Shown here in pieces: positions 36,498 to 50,771 of a stretch of 64,000 nt of DNA; positions within the stretch are counted from its first letter, which is position 1; each line of letters opens with the position of its first letter. The stretch comes from Octopus sinensis (taxonomy: Eukaryota). The translations under genes and the position numbers were made by a program. Location of the stretch: the NCBI RefSeq assembly GCF_006345805.1, contig NC_043018.1:6944001-7008000 (forward strand), written 5' to 3'. The notes below the pieces were generated by a model. It searched no databases and was not told the origin of the DNA. It worked only from the letters and a program-made list of their open reading frames with translations.

Positions 36498-37089
36498 TGT
36501 GTTTGTCCCCCTAACATCGCTTGACAACCGATGCTGGTGTGTTTACATCCCCATAACTTAGCGGTTCAGCAAAAGAGACCGATAGAATAAGTACTAGGCT
36601 TACAAAGAATAAGTCCTGGGGTGGTCGATTTCCTTGACTAAAGGTGGTGCTCCAGCATGGCCGCAGTCAAATGACTGAAACAAGTAAAAGAGTAAAGAGT
36701 AAAAGAGAGATAGATAGATAGATACATACATACATACATACCCTGTTGTTGATGTTGAAATTCCAATGAAGAGCCTTGGATCTAGATTAGAAACCGGTTC
36801 TTTATTGGTAAGAAATCTTGAAATAAACTGAATAATGACATACATACATACATAGACAGATAGTTACACACATACATCTATATATACATACATCATCATT
36901 TAACATCCATTGGCCATGCTGGCAAACTGGGAAGCTATACAAGACTCCTGTCTGAGTTAACATGGTTTCTACAGTTGGATGTCCTTCCTGATGCCAACCA
37001 CCTCAGAGAATGTGGCTGGGTGCCTTTACATGTCACCACCTGGGCACTTTTACGTGTATATGCATACATATACTTGAACATATGTGCAT

Positions 37090-37460
37090 GTATCATCATC
37101 ATCATCGTTTAACGTCTGCTTTCCATGCTAGCATGGGTTGGACGATTTTGACTAAGGGCTGGTGAACTAGATGGTTGCACCAGGCTCCAGTCTTGATTTG
37201 GCAGAGTTTCTACAGCTGGATGCCCTTCATAACGCCAACCACTCTGAGAGTGTAGTGGGTGCTTTTTACATGCCACCAGCACGGGGGCCAGTCAGATGGT
37301 ACTGGCAACGACCTCACTCAAATCCTTTTACACATGCCACCAGCACAGGTGCCAGTGAGGCGACTTTGGTAACGATCACGCTCGAATCGTGCCCTTTTAC
37401 GTGCCACTGGCATGGAAGCCAGTTGGCTGCTCTGGCAATGATCACACTCGGATGGTGATC
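37090..37460 (-). mobile_element. RTE LINE 3' tail, second subfamily (also 39842-40165, 52735-53030, 55100-55560, 60025-60270, 60931-61430)
   Basis: Same terminal ~200 bp with a different repeat unit (CTCGAATCGTGCCCTTTTACGTGCC). Confidence 0.85.
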
Positions 37461-37756
37461 ATGCATATGTGTGTGTGTGTGTGTGTGTGTGCAAATGTGT
37501 AAGCAGAGCAGGAGGAGACACATGGATAGAAAGGATTGCTGAAGAGGTCACAGATGTGTAATGAAAGATTTCCAGACAATGGACATAAGATAAGATAACA
37601 ACAGTAAATGAGTTAAGAGTAAATATATAGTGTGTGTGTTTATTTGGCAAAAAAACTTTTTTAAATGACTATCCCAAAAAATAACGATATATGTTTCAAC
37701 ACGGTTTCACATCAGGACTCTTACAAAACAAATTCATAAACGTATGTGTGTGCGTG

Positions 37757-37810
<54 letters not shown>

Positions 37811-38508
37811 TATACACATGCACACACATATACACACACATGCACACATATATATACATACACACACACACACATATATATACATACACACACACATATA
37901 TATACATATCCACACATATATATATATATACATATCCACACATATATATACATATACACGCATATATATATACACACACACACACATATATATATATACT
38001 TACGCACACATGCATATGTATATACACACACATGTATATGTATACACACATACACACACACACACACAAACATATACATGTTTGTGTTATATATATATAT
38101 ATATGTATATATAAATATATGTATATGCATATGTTATACATTTATGAGTGTGTGTGTGTGTGTTATACATGCAGTGTAGATGTAACTGATATGATCCAAA
38201 ATCTATTTGTGTGTAGGAAGGAGAAAATTAGTGAAGAAATCCTACGTGAGAGTGAAACTAATATTAAAAACTGAACTCGATTCTTGAAAGAAGATAATGG
38301 CTCTAAATACATTAGTCACCCAAGACAGAGACTAGGACAGCTTCAACTTAATAACAAACTACAAGTAATAAGAGCGGAGAAATATGAACAGAGAGGATTG
38401 GGTAAGAAAGACTAAGAGACAGGCAAATGAAAACTGATTATTGGAAGGAGGTATGAAGTAAATAACAGATATACCATCATCATATATGTATGAGATTATA
38501 TATATATA

Positions 38509-38872
38509 CTAGCAGTATCGCCCGGCGTTGCTCGGGTTTGTAAGGGAAATAACTATATAAGCATTTTTAGAGAGTTATAGCCAAAAAATAGCAAAAAAAT
38601 GCATTAAAAATGGAAAAAAAATGATGGTAAATTTTTTTTTAAATCGTTGACTCATCGTAGACATTTTTAGAGAGTTACTTCCTTTATATAATAGCGAAAA
38701 AATGCATTAAAATGGAAAAATCTGATGGTAAATTTTTTTTTAAATCGTAGACTCATCCGTAGACGCGCGCTAATACCCAGAAGGGCTCGATATGAATCAC
38801 GCAAAATGTGGGAGTAGTTAGGAATCTAAATCGTAGCAGACAGACACACAACTTGACTTTTATATATAAAGA
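38509..38872 (-). mobile_element. Non-autonomous Helitron
   Basis: Minus strand starts A|TC TTTATATATAAAAGTC and ends CCCGAGCAACGCCGGG-CGATACTG-CTAG|T; 5' fragment also near 22190. Confidence 0.82.
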
Positions 38873-39224
38873 TATATAGGCGCAGGAGTGGCTATGTGGT
38901 AAGTAGCTTGTTTACCAACCACATGGTTCCGTGTTCAGTCCCACTGCATGGCACCTTAGGCAAGTGTCTTCTACTATAGCCTCGGGCCGACCAAAGCCTT
39001 GTGAGTGGATTTGGTAGACGCAAACTGAAAGAAGCCTGTCGTACATATGTATATATATATATATATATATGCGTGTATATTTGTGGGTCTGTGTTTGTCC
39101 CCCTAGCATTGCTTGACAACCGATGCTGGTGTGTTTATGTCCCCGTCACTTAGCTGTTCGGCAAAAGAGACCGATAGGATAAGTACTGGGCTTAGTAAAA
39201 AGAGAAAAAAAAGAGAAATATATC

Positions 39225-39510
39225 ACCGTGACCGACCAGTCTATCAGATGTTGCTACACATCGCTGGTCACAATGCGCTTCACATTGTTTTAGCCTTCAA
39301 ACGACGCCACCCCACTGGCTAAGCGAGCAGGCCAATAGAAGAAAGAGTGAGAGAAAGTTGTGGCGAAAGAGTACAGTAGGGATCACCACCATCCCCTGCC
39401 GGAGCCTCATGGAGCTTTAGGCGTTTTCGCTCAATAAACACTCACAATGCCCAGTCTGGGAATCAAAACCGCGAGTCCGCTGCTCTAACCATTGGGCCAT
39501 TGTGCCTCCA
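39225..39510 (-). mobile_element. SINE family C
   Basis: Body shared with 5640 and 54005. Confidence 0.8.
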
Positions 39511-40801
39511 CATATATATAATTTTGAGTTTTATTACTCTGGGTACAAGTCCTTAGATTAACACCCAAACACTCTGAAATTTTCATATCAGAGCTTCTGG
39601 CATGAATGCCAACCAGTGCAGCATGTCGTTGCCAAAATTTTTGGCAGAGTGAATTGCGTCATGGTGCTATTTTTTTATAGACAGTGCCTAACTGACCCTA
39701 CTATACTGTGTTGTTGACAAAATTAAAAACAACGTGCATGCAAAATTAGAAATATAAAATGTCAACAATTAACCCATCACACCTTGTGTGTGTATATATA
39801 TATAAATGTGTGTATCTATATTTGTGTGTATGTAGGGGTATATCATCATCGTTGTTTAATGTCCACTTTCCATGCTAGCATGGGTTGGACGAATGACTGA
39901 GGGCTGGTGAACCAGATGGCTGCACCAGGCTTCAATCTTGATCTGGCAGAGTTTCTACAGCTGGATGCCCTTCCTAATGCCAACCACTCCGAGAGTGTAG
40001 TGGGTGCTTTTACATACCTCGCTCGAATCTTTTACACATGGCACCGGCACAGGTGCCAGTAAGGTGATGCTGGTAACGATCACACTCGAATGGTGTCTTT
40101 TACGTGCCACCAGCACAGAGGCCAGATAGCTGCTCTGGTAACAATCACGCTCAGATTGTGCTCTTTAAGGCGACGCTTATATATATATGGATATATATCT
40201 ATATATATATAATATACATACACATAAGGAAAGAATAACATTAACTAGGAGCTAATTACACTGAAAAAAAGATTTAGGCAATAACAAAACAACATTCAAG
40301 ATTACATAAAATCACTAATGAACTCCAAAGTATATAAAAGAAATAAATGAAGAGAAAAACCACCCCATGGCCAATACAGAACAGAGTCTTAACAGTTAGA
40401 ATGTAAGTCACTATGGAAACCAACAATGGCTTAAAGGCTCTGGACTATAAAAACGTAAATGATTTGAAGGGTTTAGTTGAACAACTTGAGCCCATCCTTA
40501 TTTTCCATCTAGTACACTTATTCTATCAGTCTCTTTTGCTGGATTGATAAGGTATGGGGACATGAATAAATCCGCACTGGTTATCATTTGCATCTTTTTT
40601 GCTGCGGTACCATCTTGTAGAATTCTAGTCATAAGGTGCAGGAGTGGCTGTGTGGTAAGTAGCTTGCTAACAAACCACATGGTTCCGGGTTCAGTCCCAC
40701 TGCGGGGCACCTTGGGCAAGTGTCTTCTGCTATAGCCCCGGGCCGACCAATGCCTTGTGAGTGGATCTGGTAGACAGAAACTGAAAGAAGCCCATCATTT
40801 T

Positions 40802-40858
<57 letters not shown>

Positions 40859-41240
40859 ATGTTTGTCCCCCTAGCATTGCTTGACAACCGATGCTGGTGG
40901 GTTTATGTCCCATCACTTAGCGGTTCGGCAAAAGAGACTGATAGAATAAGTCCCGGGGTCGATTTGCTCGACTAAAGGCGGTGCTCCAGCATGGCCACAG
41001 TCAAATGACTGAAACAAGTAAAAGAGTAAAAGAGTAAAGAGTATAAGAACCAACCCCAGTACTTATTGTTTTTTAAGCTTGGTACATATTTTATCGATCT
41101 GTTTTGCAAAACTTCTAAGTTATGGGGATGTAAACAGAACACCACCAATTGTCGAGCAGTGGTGGGGACCAAACACAGACAAAGATATACCTATATCTAT
41201 ATTTATATTTCTTTCTGTCTGCCTATCCCATGATAGATTG

Positions 41241-41274
41241 CTGTGGAAGAGCATAGGCTCGAAACATTAAAGAC
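41241..41274 (+). ncRNA. Second, degenerate copy of the minimal hammerhead family
   Basis: CTGTGGA-A GAGC-ATAG-GCTC GAAA CA TT AAAGA; downstream sequence matches 21150-21232. Confidence 0.45.
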
Positions 41275-41686
41275 TTTTTCACTTCTCAAGCGTTAAACTA
41301 ATACATCTGTTTGTTGTCTACACCACCTGTATTTGTCTTTTTTTTCGTGAATTCTCCCCAATATATACTTGTTTTATTTATATTTCCTGAGCGCCATACT
41401 AATACAATTGTTCGTTTGTTTTCCACCTGCCTTCGTCTTTTGTTTATTTTCATAAAGCTTCCCGTTATATATATATATATATATATATATGTTAGAAGGT
41501 TTGGAGATGATGTACAGGTATTTTATATTAGAAGAAATGAGGTACTCAGAAATTCAGCTGGTTTTATATTTACAGATATTTATTTGTATATTACGTGTTT
41601 TTATACATCATATAACATATATCATATATTAGTGCTTTCGCCCATTCTAGTGGGGTTTTCAAATTGACCATTTTATAGTGTTATTG

Positions 41687-41718
<32 letters not shown>

Positions 41719-42379
41719 CACACACACCAGGTTTCTTTTAGTTTTTCATAAGGCTTTGGTCAGCCTGAGGTTATGGTAGAAAACACCTGATGAAAATTCC
41801 ATACAGTGGGATTGAACCAGACTGCTAATATTTATATATATTTCTTTACTACCCACAAGGGGCTAAACATAGAGTGGACAAACAAGGACAGACACACCGA
41901 TTAAGTCGATTATATCGACCCCCAGTATGTAACTGGTACTTAATTTATCAACCCCGAAAGGATGAAAGGCAAAGTCAACCACGGCGGAATTTGAACTCAG
42001 AACGTAACGGCAGACGAAATACGGCTACGCATTTCGCCCCGCGTGCTAACGATTCTGCCAGCTTGCCGATGCATGCATGTATGTATGTGTGTATTATGGT
42101 TGGATGTTTCTTATGAATTTGTCCCTTTGCTGTGGTGTACTGGTGATTTTTCAGTTCATTCAGTAGAATCCTCTTTCTATTCTGGTGCTGGCTGATTTCT
42201 ATGTATATCTTCTTTTTTAATGTTTTGTAACATCATGTGTTTTAGTTTTTTCTTGCTTGACGTTCTTTGAGTTGTAGCTGCTTGACAGCTGAATTAATAG
42301 ATTTTGTGTATAGCCTGGAGGAGATGCATGTTTCAGTGAAGTGGAGCTGTCGGATAGCTATTTTGATTTTTAGACAGCA

Positions 42380-42966
42380 GAACACAGTGCCTTTTCTTGT
42401 GAACAACATATTTAGAAGCTATGGGTTTCATGTAATAGTGATGGAGGAGCTGCACTCTGTTGTTCAAAGTCTCTTACCAAAGTTCAGTATCAAGGACAGG
42501 GAGTCTATTAGGAAAGTTGTGAAGGAGCCTAAATACAACATTAAGATCGTTGAAAAGCCAGGGAGCACCATCATATTACAACAATGTAGGACTACCCTGT
42601 TCAGAATCCCACATGCACCAATGATAACTGCATGGTGTGTAAGATTAACCCTGGCATTAACTGTAGAACTAGAAATGTAGTCTACAGCATAAGGTGCATA
42701 GAAGGTGCTTGTAAAGACAAGTACATGACATACATTGGTGAGAAGCATTGCGGAGAGACTAAATGTACATTTGAAATAATATGACGACAAAAAAAAACAG
42801 TCCTCCATACTCTTATCATCATGCCAAAGACCAACATGGTGGCACACTGGGTCAACTTGATATCTACATTTCATCTAAGCTCCCGAAGGACCCAGCACTC
42901 AGACAAATACAGGAGTACATCCTCATAAATGAAACATCCCCAGTACTACATACTACATATAAGTAG
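42380..42966 (+). pseudogene. Penelope-like element relic 2 (Zn linker + GIY-YIG)
   Basis: IKIVEKPGST, CTNDNCMVCKINPGINCRTRNVVYSIRC...YIGE, HAKDQHGG...KDPALRQIQEYILINETSP. Confidence 0.85.
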
Positions 42967-43035
42967 AAGGTAGTCATGCCCCAATAACCACAGTTTATAT
43001 ATACAGTTGTTAGTTGGCTGTTATGTATGTATGTA

Positions 43036-43073
<38 letters not shown>

Positions 43074-43081
<8 letters not shown>

Positions 43082-43441
43082 GAATTAGAGATTAAACCAC
43101 TATTATGCAACTCCAACAGTGATAGACATAACCCAATACATAAATAACAAATAATATAAATATAATTACTATAATATATATATATATATGAGATAATCTT
43201 TTTTTTCAAAATAAGTATTAAAAGAATGATAAATATAATCTAATAAGTACTTATTAGATTATACTTATTACTTATTAGATTATATTTATCATTCTTTTTA
43301 TAATTTTTGAAAAAAAATTATATTATATATATATCATATATTATATTAATTATATTTATATTATTTGTTATTTATGTATTGGTTTATGTCTATCACTGTT
43401 TGAGTTGCACAATAGTGGTTTTATCTCTAATTCATATTTTA
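43074..43441. repeat. AT-rich palindrome with ~175-bp arms
   Basis: TAAAATATGAATTAGAGAT..AACCACTATT.TGCAACTC... mirrored at 43268-43441; TACTTATTAGATTA duplicated at the centre. Confidence 0.9.
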
Positions 43442-43719
43442 TGTATTTATACTGTGAAATTTGATTTAATACTAAATCGAATTTTTCCCTGTAAGTTTGG
43501 AGCTATACTCCCTAATATTATTATTATTATTATTATATATATATAGTACAAAGTAAGATAGGGGTTATGGGTGTAACCCACTATGGGATATCATTTATCC
43601 AATATACTGTTGGTAAAGTACCCAAATTCTTAATACACAAATGTTTTTAATTGCAATGCAATTAATTCATTTATTGTATTAATTTTAGGATTTCATTAAT
43701 TTATAATATGACTTTTAAA

Positions 43720-46700
43720 ATCTGTATTTGTAAGCCAGACTGCCACCTTATAACCTATCAGTCAGGAGACTCCGCTAGCCAAATAGACTTCATCCTCACC
43801 AGACAGCGGGATGCAGGGTCACTCTTAAATACAAAGACCCTCCCGGGTGAAGAATGTATCCCTCAGCATAGGCTAATCATCAGTGACTTTAAGCTTGAGG
43901 CCAGAAGGACTCCAAGAAACAAACCAATCCAGAAAAGAAGGATTTGGAAGCTAAAGAACCCTTCACATGGTCCGAGATTTAGGGACATCCTCATCGAGAA
44001 ATTTGATGAGAGGGAGGAGGAACTTCAGACGTCGGACATAGAAGGTAGCTGGGAATTCCTACGGGACAGCTTGCTGAGTGCCACAGACCAAGTCTGTGGA
44101 TGGTGCAAAGTCCCTTCCAGACCTAGAGTTACGTGGTGGTGGAATAGTGCAGTAGACAAAGCCATTAGTGCAAAGAGACAGGCCTGGAAAGCCTGGAGGG
44201 ATGGGGGCAGCAGGGAACTGTACCAGGTAGCCAAAAGGGAGGCTGGGCGGCAGGTATACATAGCCAAATATGTAGCAGAAAAGAAGTTTGCCAATGTCCT
44301 GCAACGTGAGGACCAAAGAGCTGAGGTATTTCGGATTGCCAGACAGTGTGTGAGAGAAAATAGTGATGTTACAGGAGAGAAATGTGTCCGCATGGATGAT
44401 GGGGCACTTGCTTTTAATGTTGGTTTAAAGAAAGAGGCTTGGAGAAGCCATTACGAAAGACTGCTGAATGAGGAGAATGAATGGGAGGAGGAGAGCCTGC
44501 CAAATGTTGACCCAGTAGAGGGACCAGCTATCCGAATAGACAGCTCCCTTGTAGTTTAAGGCAATTAAGGATATGAAAACAGGTAAAGCCCCCGGCCCAG
44601 CAGGAATCACTGCTGGGATGCTTAAAACAGCTGGCTATGTGGGCTATGGCCTAGTCACCCACATTGTAAACCAGGTAGTTCACAATGGATTCATACCCAA
44701 TGACTGGCGTAGCAGCACCATAGTCAACTGCTACAAGGGTAAGGGTGATGCTCTAGATAGAAATAACTACAGGGGTATTAAACTGTTGGATCAGGTGATG
44801 AAGGTCACAGAGAGGGTCATAACCCATCTCATTAGGGAGAGAATTTGCTTAGATGAGATGCAGTTCGGTTTTGTGCCAGGTAGAAGCACCACTGATGCTA
44901 TATTCCTGGTCCGACAACTGCAGGAGAAGTACCTAGCTAAAGATAAACCCCTCTACATAGCTTTTGTGGACTTGGAGAAAGCCTTTGACAGGGTTCCCCG
45001 ATCCCTTATCTGGTGGTCGATGCGGAAACTGGAAATTGATGAATGGCTAATAAGGGCTGTACAGGCTCTATACAGAGAGGCTGTCAGCAAGGTTAGGATT
45101 GGCAACGAATATAGTGAAGAATTCCGGGTAGAAGTAGGTGTACACCAAGGCTCAGCCCTCAGTCCCCTTTTATTCATCATAGTCCTCCAGGCAATAACAG
45201 AGGAATTCAAAACAGGATGCCCCTGGGAGCTCCTCTATGCTGATGACCTGGCTTTCATAGCAGAATCACTACTGGAACTAGAAAAGAAATTTCAGGTGTG
45301 GAAGCAAGGGTTAGAATCAAAGGGCCTTAGAGTAAATGTAGCAAAGACCAAAGTTATAGTAAGCAGAAAGGCGAACTCAGCACACACACCCTCGGGTAGG
45401 TGGCCCTGCTCGATCTGTAGGAAAGGTGTAGGTAGAAACTCCATAAGATGCACCCAATGTAAGCTATGGACGCATAAGAGGTGCAGCAACATCAAAGGGA
45501 AATTAACTGATAAGGTAGCTCTCATGTGCGGCAGATGCACAGGGACAATAGACACCACAGACACTCAGAAAATAGATTCCATCACACTCCAGGGGGAGAA
45601 ACTAGAAGTAGTTGACAGTTTCCGCTACCTGGGTGACCAAGTTAGTAGTGGAGGTGGATGCTCAGAGAGTATCACTACTAGAATACGAATAGCCTGGGCA
45701 AAGTTCAGAAAGCTACTACCCCTACTGGTGACAAAAGGTCTCTCGCTCAGAGCGAAAGGTAGATTGTATGATGCATGTGTGCGAACTGCCATGCTTCACG
45801 GTAGTGAAACATGGGCTGTGACTGCAGCGGACATGCGTAGACTTGAAAGAAATGAAGCTAGCATGATCCGCTGGATGTGTAATGTCAGTGTGCATGCACG
45901 ACAGAGTGTAAGCACCCTGAGAAAAATGCTGGACATAAGAAGCATCAGATGTGGTGTGCAAGAGCGACGCTTGCGATGGTATGGTCATGTACTGCGGATG
46001 GATGAGGAGAGATGTGTGAAGAAGTGCCACTGAAGGTATCAAGGGGAGAGGTAGACCCAGGAAGACATGGGATGAGGTAGTCAAGCATGACCTCAGAGCG
46101 TTGGGCCTCACTGAGGCAATGGTGAAGGACCGAGATCTCTGGAGATATGCTGTGACTGCAAAGACCCGGGCTGCTTCCTGCACCAGTTCTGCATAGCCCC
46201 CTGCCCATTCAAAGTACCCTGGATCCCGGAACGTCTCGCTGTGCTTGAGGAGACCTGTTGAGTCAAGTACATGAACATCGAAATAAATATAAATATCAAT
46301 GGAAATAGTAGTTGTGATACCTGTGCCGGTGGCACATAAAAAGCACCATCCGGACGTGGCCATTGCCAGCGCCTCCTCGACTCACTTCTGTGCCGGTGGC
46401 ACATAAAAAGCACCATCCAAACGTGGCCGATACCAGCGCCGCCCCGACTGGCTTCTGTGCCGGTGGCACATAAAAAGCACCATCCGAACATGGCCGTTGC
46501 CAGCGCTGCCTTAGCTGGCTTCTGTGCCGGTGGCACGTTAAAAGCTCCAACCGATCGTGGCCCTTGCCGGACCCCCCTGGCACCTGTGCAGGTGGCACGT
46601 AAAAAGCACCCACTACACTCACGGAGTGGTTGGCATTAGGAAGGGCATCCAGCTGTAGAAACTCTGCCAGATCAGACTGGAGCCTGGTGCAGTCCCTGGC

Positions 46701-46775
46701 TTCCCAGACCCCAGTCGAACCGTCCAACCCGTGCTAGCGTGGAAAACGGACGTTAAACGATGATGATGATGATGA
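43720..46775 (+). mobile_element. RTE-clade LINE, 5'-truncated: endonuclease C-terminus, RT with PHD-type insert, 3' UTR repeats, (GAT)n tail
   Basis: ITYQSGDSASQIDFIL; KAPGPAGI; YKGKGDALDRNNYRGIKLL; QFGFVPGRST; FVDLEKAFDRV; GVHQGSALSPLLF; LYADDL; FRYLG; LHGSETW; RLRWYGHVLR; GRGRPRKTW; frameshifts near 44557 and 46030. Confidence 0.97.
44573..46033 (+). CDS. RTE reverse transcriptase open frame (486 aa; part of a disrupted ORF)
   Basis: Open frame covering the RT motifs, YADD at 45236-45247 and a C4HC3 finger at 45401-45538. Confidence 0.85.
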   Translation: MKTGKAPGPAGITAGMLKTAGYVGYGLVTHIVNQVVHNGFIPNDWRSSTIVNCYKGKGDALDRNNYRGIKLLDQVMKVTERVITHLIRERICLDEMQFGFVPGRSTTDAIFLVRQLQEKYLAKDKPLYIAFVDLEKAFDRVPRSLIWWSMRKLEIDEWLIRAVQALYREAVSKVRIGNEYSEEFRVEVGVHQGSALSPLLFIIVLQAITEEFKTGCPWELLYADDLAFIAESLLELEKKFQVWKQGLESKGLRVNVAKTKVIVSRKANSAHTPSGRWPCSICRKGVGRNSIRCTQCKLWTHKRCSNIKGKLTDKVALMCGRCTGTIDTTDTQKIDSITLQGEKLEVVDSFRYLGDQVSSGGGCSESITTRIRIAWAKFRKLLPLLVTKGLSLRAKGRLYDACVRTAMLHGSETWAVTAADMRRLERNEASMIRWMCNVSVHARQSVSTLRKMLDIRSIRCGVQERRLRWYGHVLRMDEERCVKKCH

Positions 46776-47021
46776 TCTTATCCATTGATTTATATAATAT
46801 GTATGCTTTTGATGTTCTCATTTGTAAAATGAATAAACAATCCAGCATTATAATATCCGTACGTTGAGTGGCTGTGTGGTAAGAAGCTTGCTTACCAACC
46901 ACATGGTTCCGGGTTCAGTCCCATTGCGTGACATCTTGGGCTAGTGTCTTCTACTATAGCCTCGGGCCGACCAGAGCCTTGTGAGTGGATTTGGTAGACG
47001 GAAATTGAAAGAAGCCCGTCG

Positions 47022-47080
<59 letters not shown>

Positions 47081-48629
47081 ATATTTGTGTGTCTGTGTTG
47101 GTCCCCCTAGTATTGCTTGACAACCGATGCTGGTGTGTTTACGTCCCCGTAATTAGCGGTTTGGCAAAAAGAGACCAATAGAATAAGTACTAGGCTTACA
47201 AAGAATCAGTCCCGGTGTCAATTTGCTCGACTAAAAAGATGGTGCTCCAGCATGGCCACAGTCAAATGACTAAAACAAGTAAAAGAGTAAGAGAGAGAGA
47301 GTAAACTAAATTTGTTTCTCCATTTTCTTATTTGTATTATATATATATATATATTTATATATATACACACATGCACTACAGCCCAATGGAATAAATGCAG
47401 TGCTAATTCTAGCATGTATAGCAAAACAAAAGTGCCCTTGCTACTCTTGGCCTCCGGAGGATGCCTGGTACAAAGGACGTTGGAATAAAGATATGATAAA
47501 AGGAAACCATGAATGATAATACTACTAATAATAATAATGATTTCAAATTTTTGGCACAAGTTCAGCAATTTGGGGGGAGCAGGTAAGTCAATTACATCGA
47601 ACCCAGTACGCAACTGGTACTTATTTTATCGACCCCGAAAGGATGAAAGGCAAAGTCAACCACAGCAGAATTTGAGCTCAGAACACAAAGACAGATGGAA
47701 TGCTGCTAAGCATTTTGAATGGCATACGAATGATTCTGCCAGCTTGCCATTTCAAATTCAAGGTCAGTAATTTTCAAGAGAGAGGGTAAGCTGATTACAC
47801 CGAACCCTGGTACGCAACTGGTACTTATTTTATTGACCCTGAAAGGATGAAAGGCAAAGTCAACCTCAGTGGAATTTGAACTCAGAGTGTAAAGAGTCAG
47901 AAAAAAACGCCGCTAATCAATTTGCCCAGTGCGCTAACAATTCTGCCAGCTCACAACGATATTAACAACAACAACAACGGTAGGATCTTTTTAAAAAAGA
48001 TCTCAGATGTGTGCATTGGAAAGTAGGTGAAGAATTACTGTAATAATAGGAAGAGATTGCTTGTCAAACATTTCATTTTGTACCATTTCCAAAGAGTGTC
48101 ATTCTAAATATGAATCTCAAAAATAATAGGAGATATTTTCAAAAAACACTTTTTTTTTTCTTTTCTTTAAAACAAAAAAACAAAAAAAATATATAAAATG
48201 AAATTCATTCTTTTATTATTTTTGTTTTGCTTCTTGTTCCATTTTCGAAGGTAACCACCTCACCCAAACCCTTAACACACTTTCGGATGGATGAAGTTTT
48301 TCTTCTCTCACTCTTTCCCTCTCTCCTTCTCTCTCTCCTACTTGTATGTACATCTATATATGTGTGTGTATATTATTGTCATTATTATTGTTATTACCAT
48401 TATTATTTTTACATTTTTAATGATTTTCAATCCTTCCTTGTTTTCTCTGTGACTACTACTACTACAACTATTACTGCTGCTGCTACAACCACTATCACTG
48501 CAGCTACTTTTCTATCATTATTTTGTCACCAATTTCTTTTCTGTGTTTCTTTTTGATTTGTTTTGTTTCCTTCATTGCACCCTTTTATATCTTTTCTTAT
48601 TTCTTTTGTTGTCTTCTGTTATTAATTGT

Positions 48630-48752
48630 TATATCAAACAATTGTAATAATAATAATATTTTTATTATTATCATTATTGTTGTTATCATCATTATCATTA
48701 TTATTACTATTATTATTATTATTATTATTATTACTGTTATTATTATTATTAC

Positions 48753-48785
<33 letters not shown>

Positions 48786-48865
48786 TGTTATTATTATTAT
48801 TATTACTGTTATTATTATTACTGTTATTATTATTACTATTATTATTATTATTATTATTATTATAA
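48630..48865. repeat. (ATT)n microsatellite
   Basis: Direct reading. Confidence 0.95.
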
Positions 48866-49350
48866 GAAGAAGAAATTGCGATCGATACAAGTGAAAGGAA
48901 ATTTCGTTTCCTTTCACCATACCACTTTTTTTTTTCAGGGAGGGAAAAAAATGACAAAAATCAGAAGTGAAAAAGAGACAATTTTGAAGATATAAAAAAA
49001 ATTTCGAAATATTGCAAAAAAAACAAGACAATTAACTACCCCATCCTACACACCCCTATACAGCTCTGTACATCATTTCTCTCGCATGAAGGGGAAAAAA
49101 TGAAAAATTAAAACCATGAAACTTGAAAAATATTTACCTAAATAAAATTTTTCTTTTCACAAAAATGGCTAATGTAAAAAGCAAAGAAAAGACGTTTAGC
49201 TCTGTCTTTTTGCATTAGCATTTATGGAAGTTATCGACACCTTTCTGGGTTTTCGTTTTTCTTTTTTGGTTCCTACGACAACAATCCATGTCATGTTTTA
49301 TCATATTTCATATATTTTTCACCTTTTTTCTTAGTTGTATTGTTATTCCC

Positions 49351-49391
<41 letters not shown>

Positions 49392-49487
49392 GAGAGAGAG
49401 GAGAGAATGAGGAACAGACAAGTAGAAAGGCAAACAGACATAAATAGGTATATTTATTTAGATATACTTATGCATGTATGTATTTAT

Positions 49488-49529
<42 letters not shown>

Positions 49530-49558
<29 letters not shown>

Positions 49559-49784
49559 CACATATGTAGATATAAAGATAATATATATTATACATATGTA
49601 GATATAAAGATATAATATATATATACATATGTAGATATAAAGATATATATATATATATATATATGTATATATGTAGATATAAGATATATATATATATATA
49701 TGTATATATGTATATATAAAGATATATATATATATATATATATGTAGATATAAAGATAGATATAAAGATATATATAATATATAT

Positions 49785-49829
<45 letters not shown>

Positions 49830-50170
49830 GATATAAAGATATATATATATATATATATAATATTATATATATACATATGTAGATATGAAGATATATATAT
49901 CACTATGTAGATATATATATATATATAATATATAATACACATACATATGTAGATATAAAGATATTATAATATATATATATACATATGTAGATATAAAGAT
50001 ATTCATATAATATATATATACATATGTAGATATAAAGATATATATATATTTATATATATATACATATGTAGATATAAAGATATATATATATATATATATA
50101 CACATATGTAGATATATAGATATATATATATATATATGTACATATGTATGTATACATGTAGATATATACT
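49530..50170. repeat. TA-rich minisatellite with recurring ATGTAGATATAAAGA
   Basis: Motif repeated more than ten times between (TA)n spacers. Confidence 0.85.
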
Positions 50171-50601
50171 TATGTTCTTATGAATATATATATATATATT
50201 GTATCTATGCACAGTGTGTGAATAAACACACGCACACATACATTCATACACACACATATATATATATATTATATGTGTGTGGTGTGTGTGTGTTGTGTGT
50301 GTGTGTATGTATATATATGTATATAAAATATACACTATGAAGAAGAAATGGAAAAGAAAGCTGAAACCTGTGGTGGGGTGGGGAAGAACTAAAATAAAAG
50401 ATGCAAATTCGAAAATTCTTTTGTTACAAAAATAGGCAAAAGTAGACAAATAATAAAAAATGGAATTTTTAAAATAACATGTTAACAATCACGATATTGT
50501 AACAATATTGTAAGGCAACTAAGAAAAGTGGGTAAATAAAGGATCATTATTATTATTTTCATCATTATTAGCATTTTTATTATTATTACTGTTATTATTA
50601 C

Positions 50602-50644
<43 letters not shown>

Positions 50645-50737
50645 GTGCTCATCATCATCATCATTATCTTTAATCAGCTTCTCCTCCTCCTCAAAAACTG
50701 TTAGCCTAGTGCCAAAAATTTGAAACTATTATCATCA

Positions 50738-50771
<34 letters not shown>

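Noticed and set aside
37530-37585. CTGAAGA...GAAA hammerhead-like string
   Set aside because: Stems I-III pair only if several mutations are assumed
46318-46612. Twister-like look of UGCCGGU...AUAAAAAG
   Set aside because: No L4 CCCAAGC-type loop, pseudoknot partners or P1/UAA; the similarity is superficial
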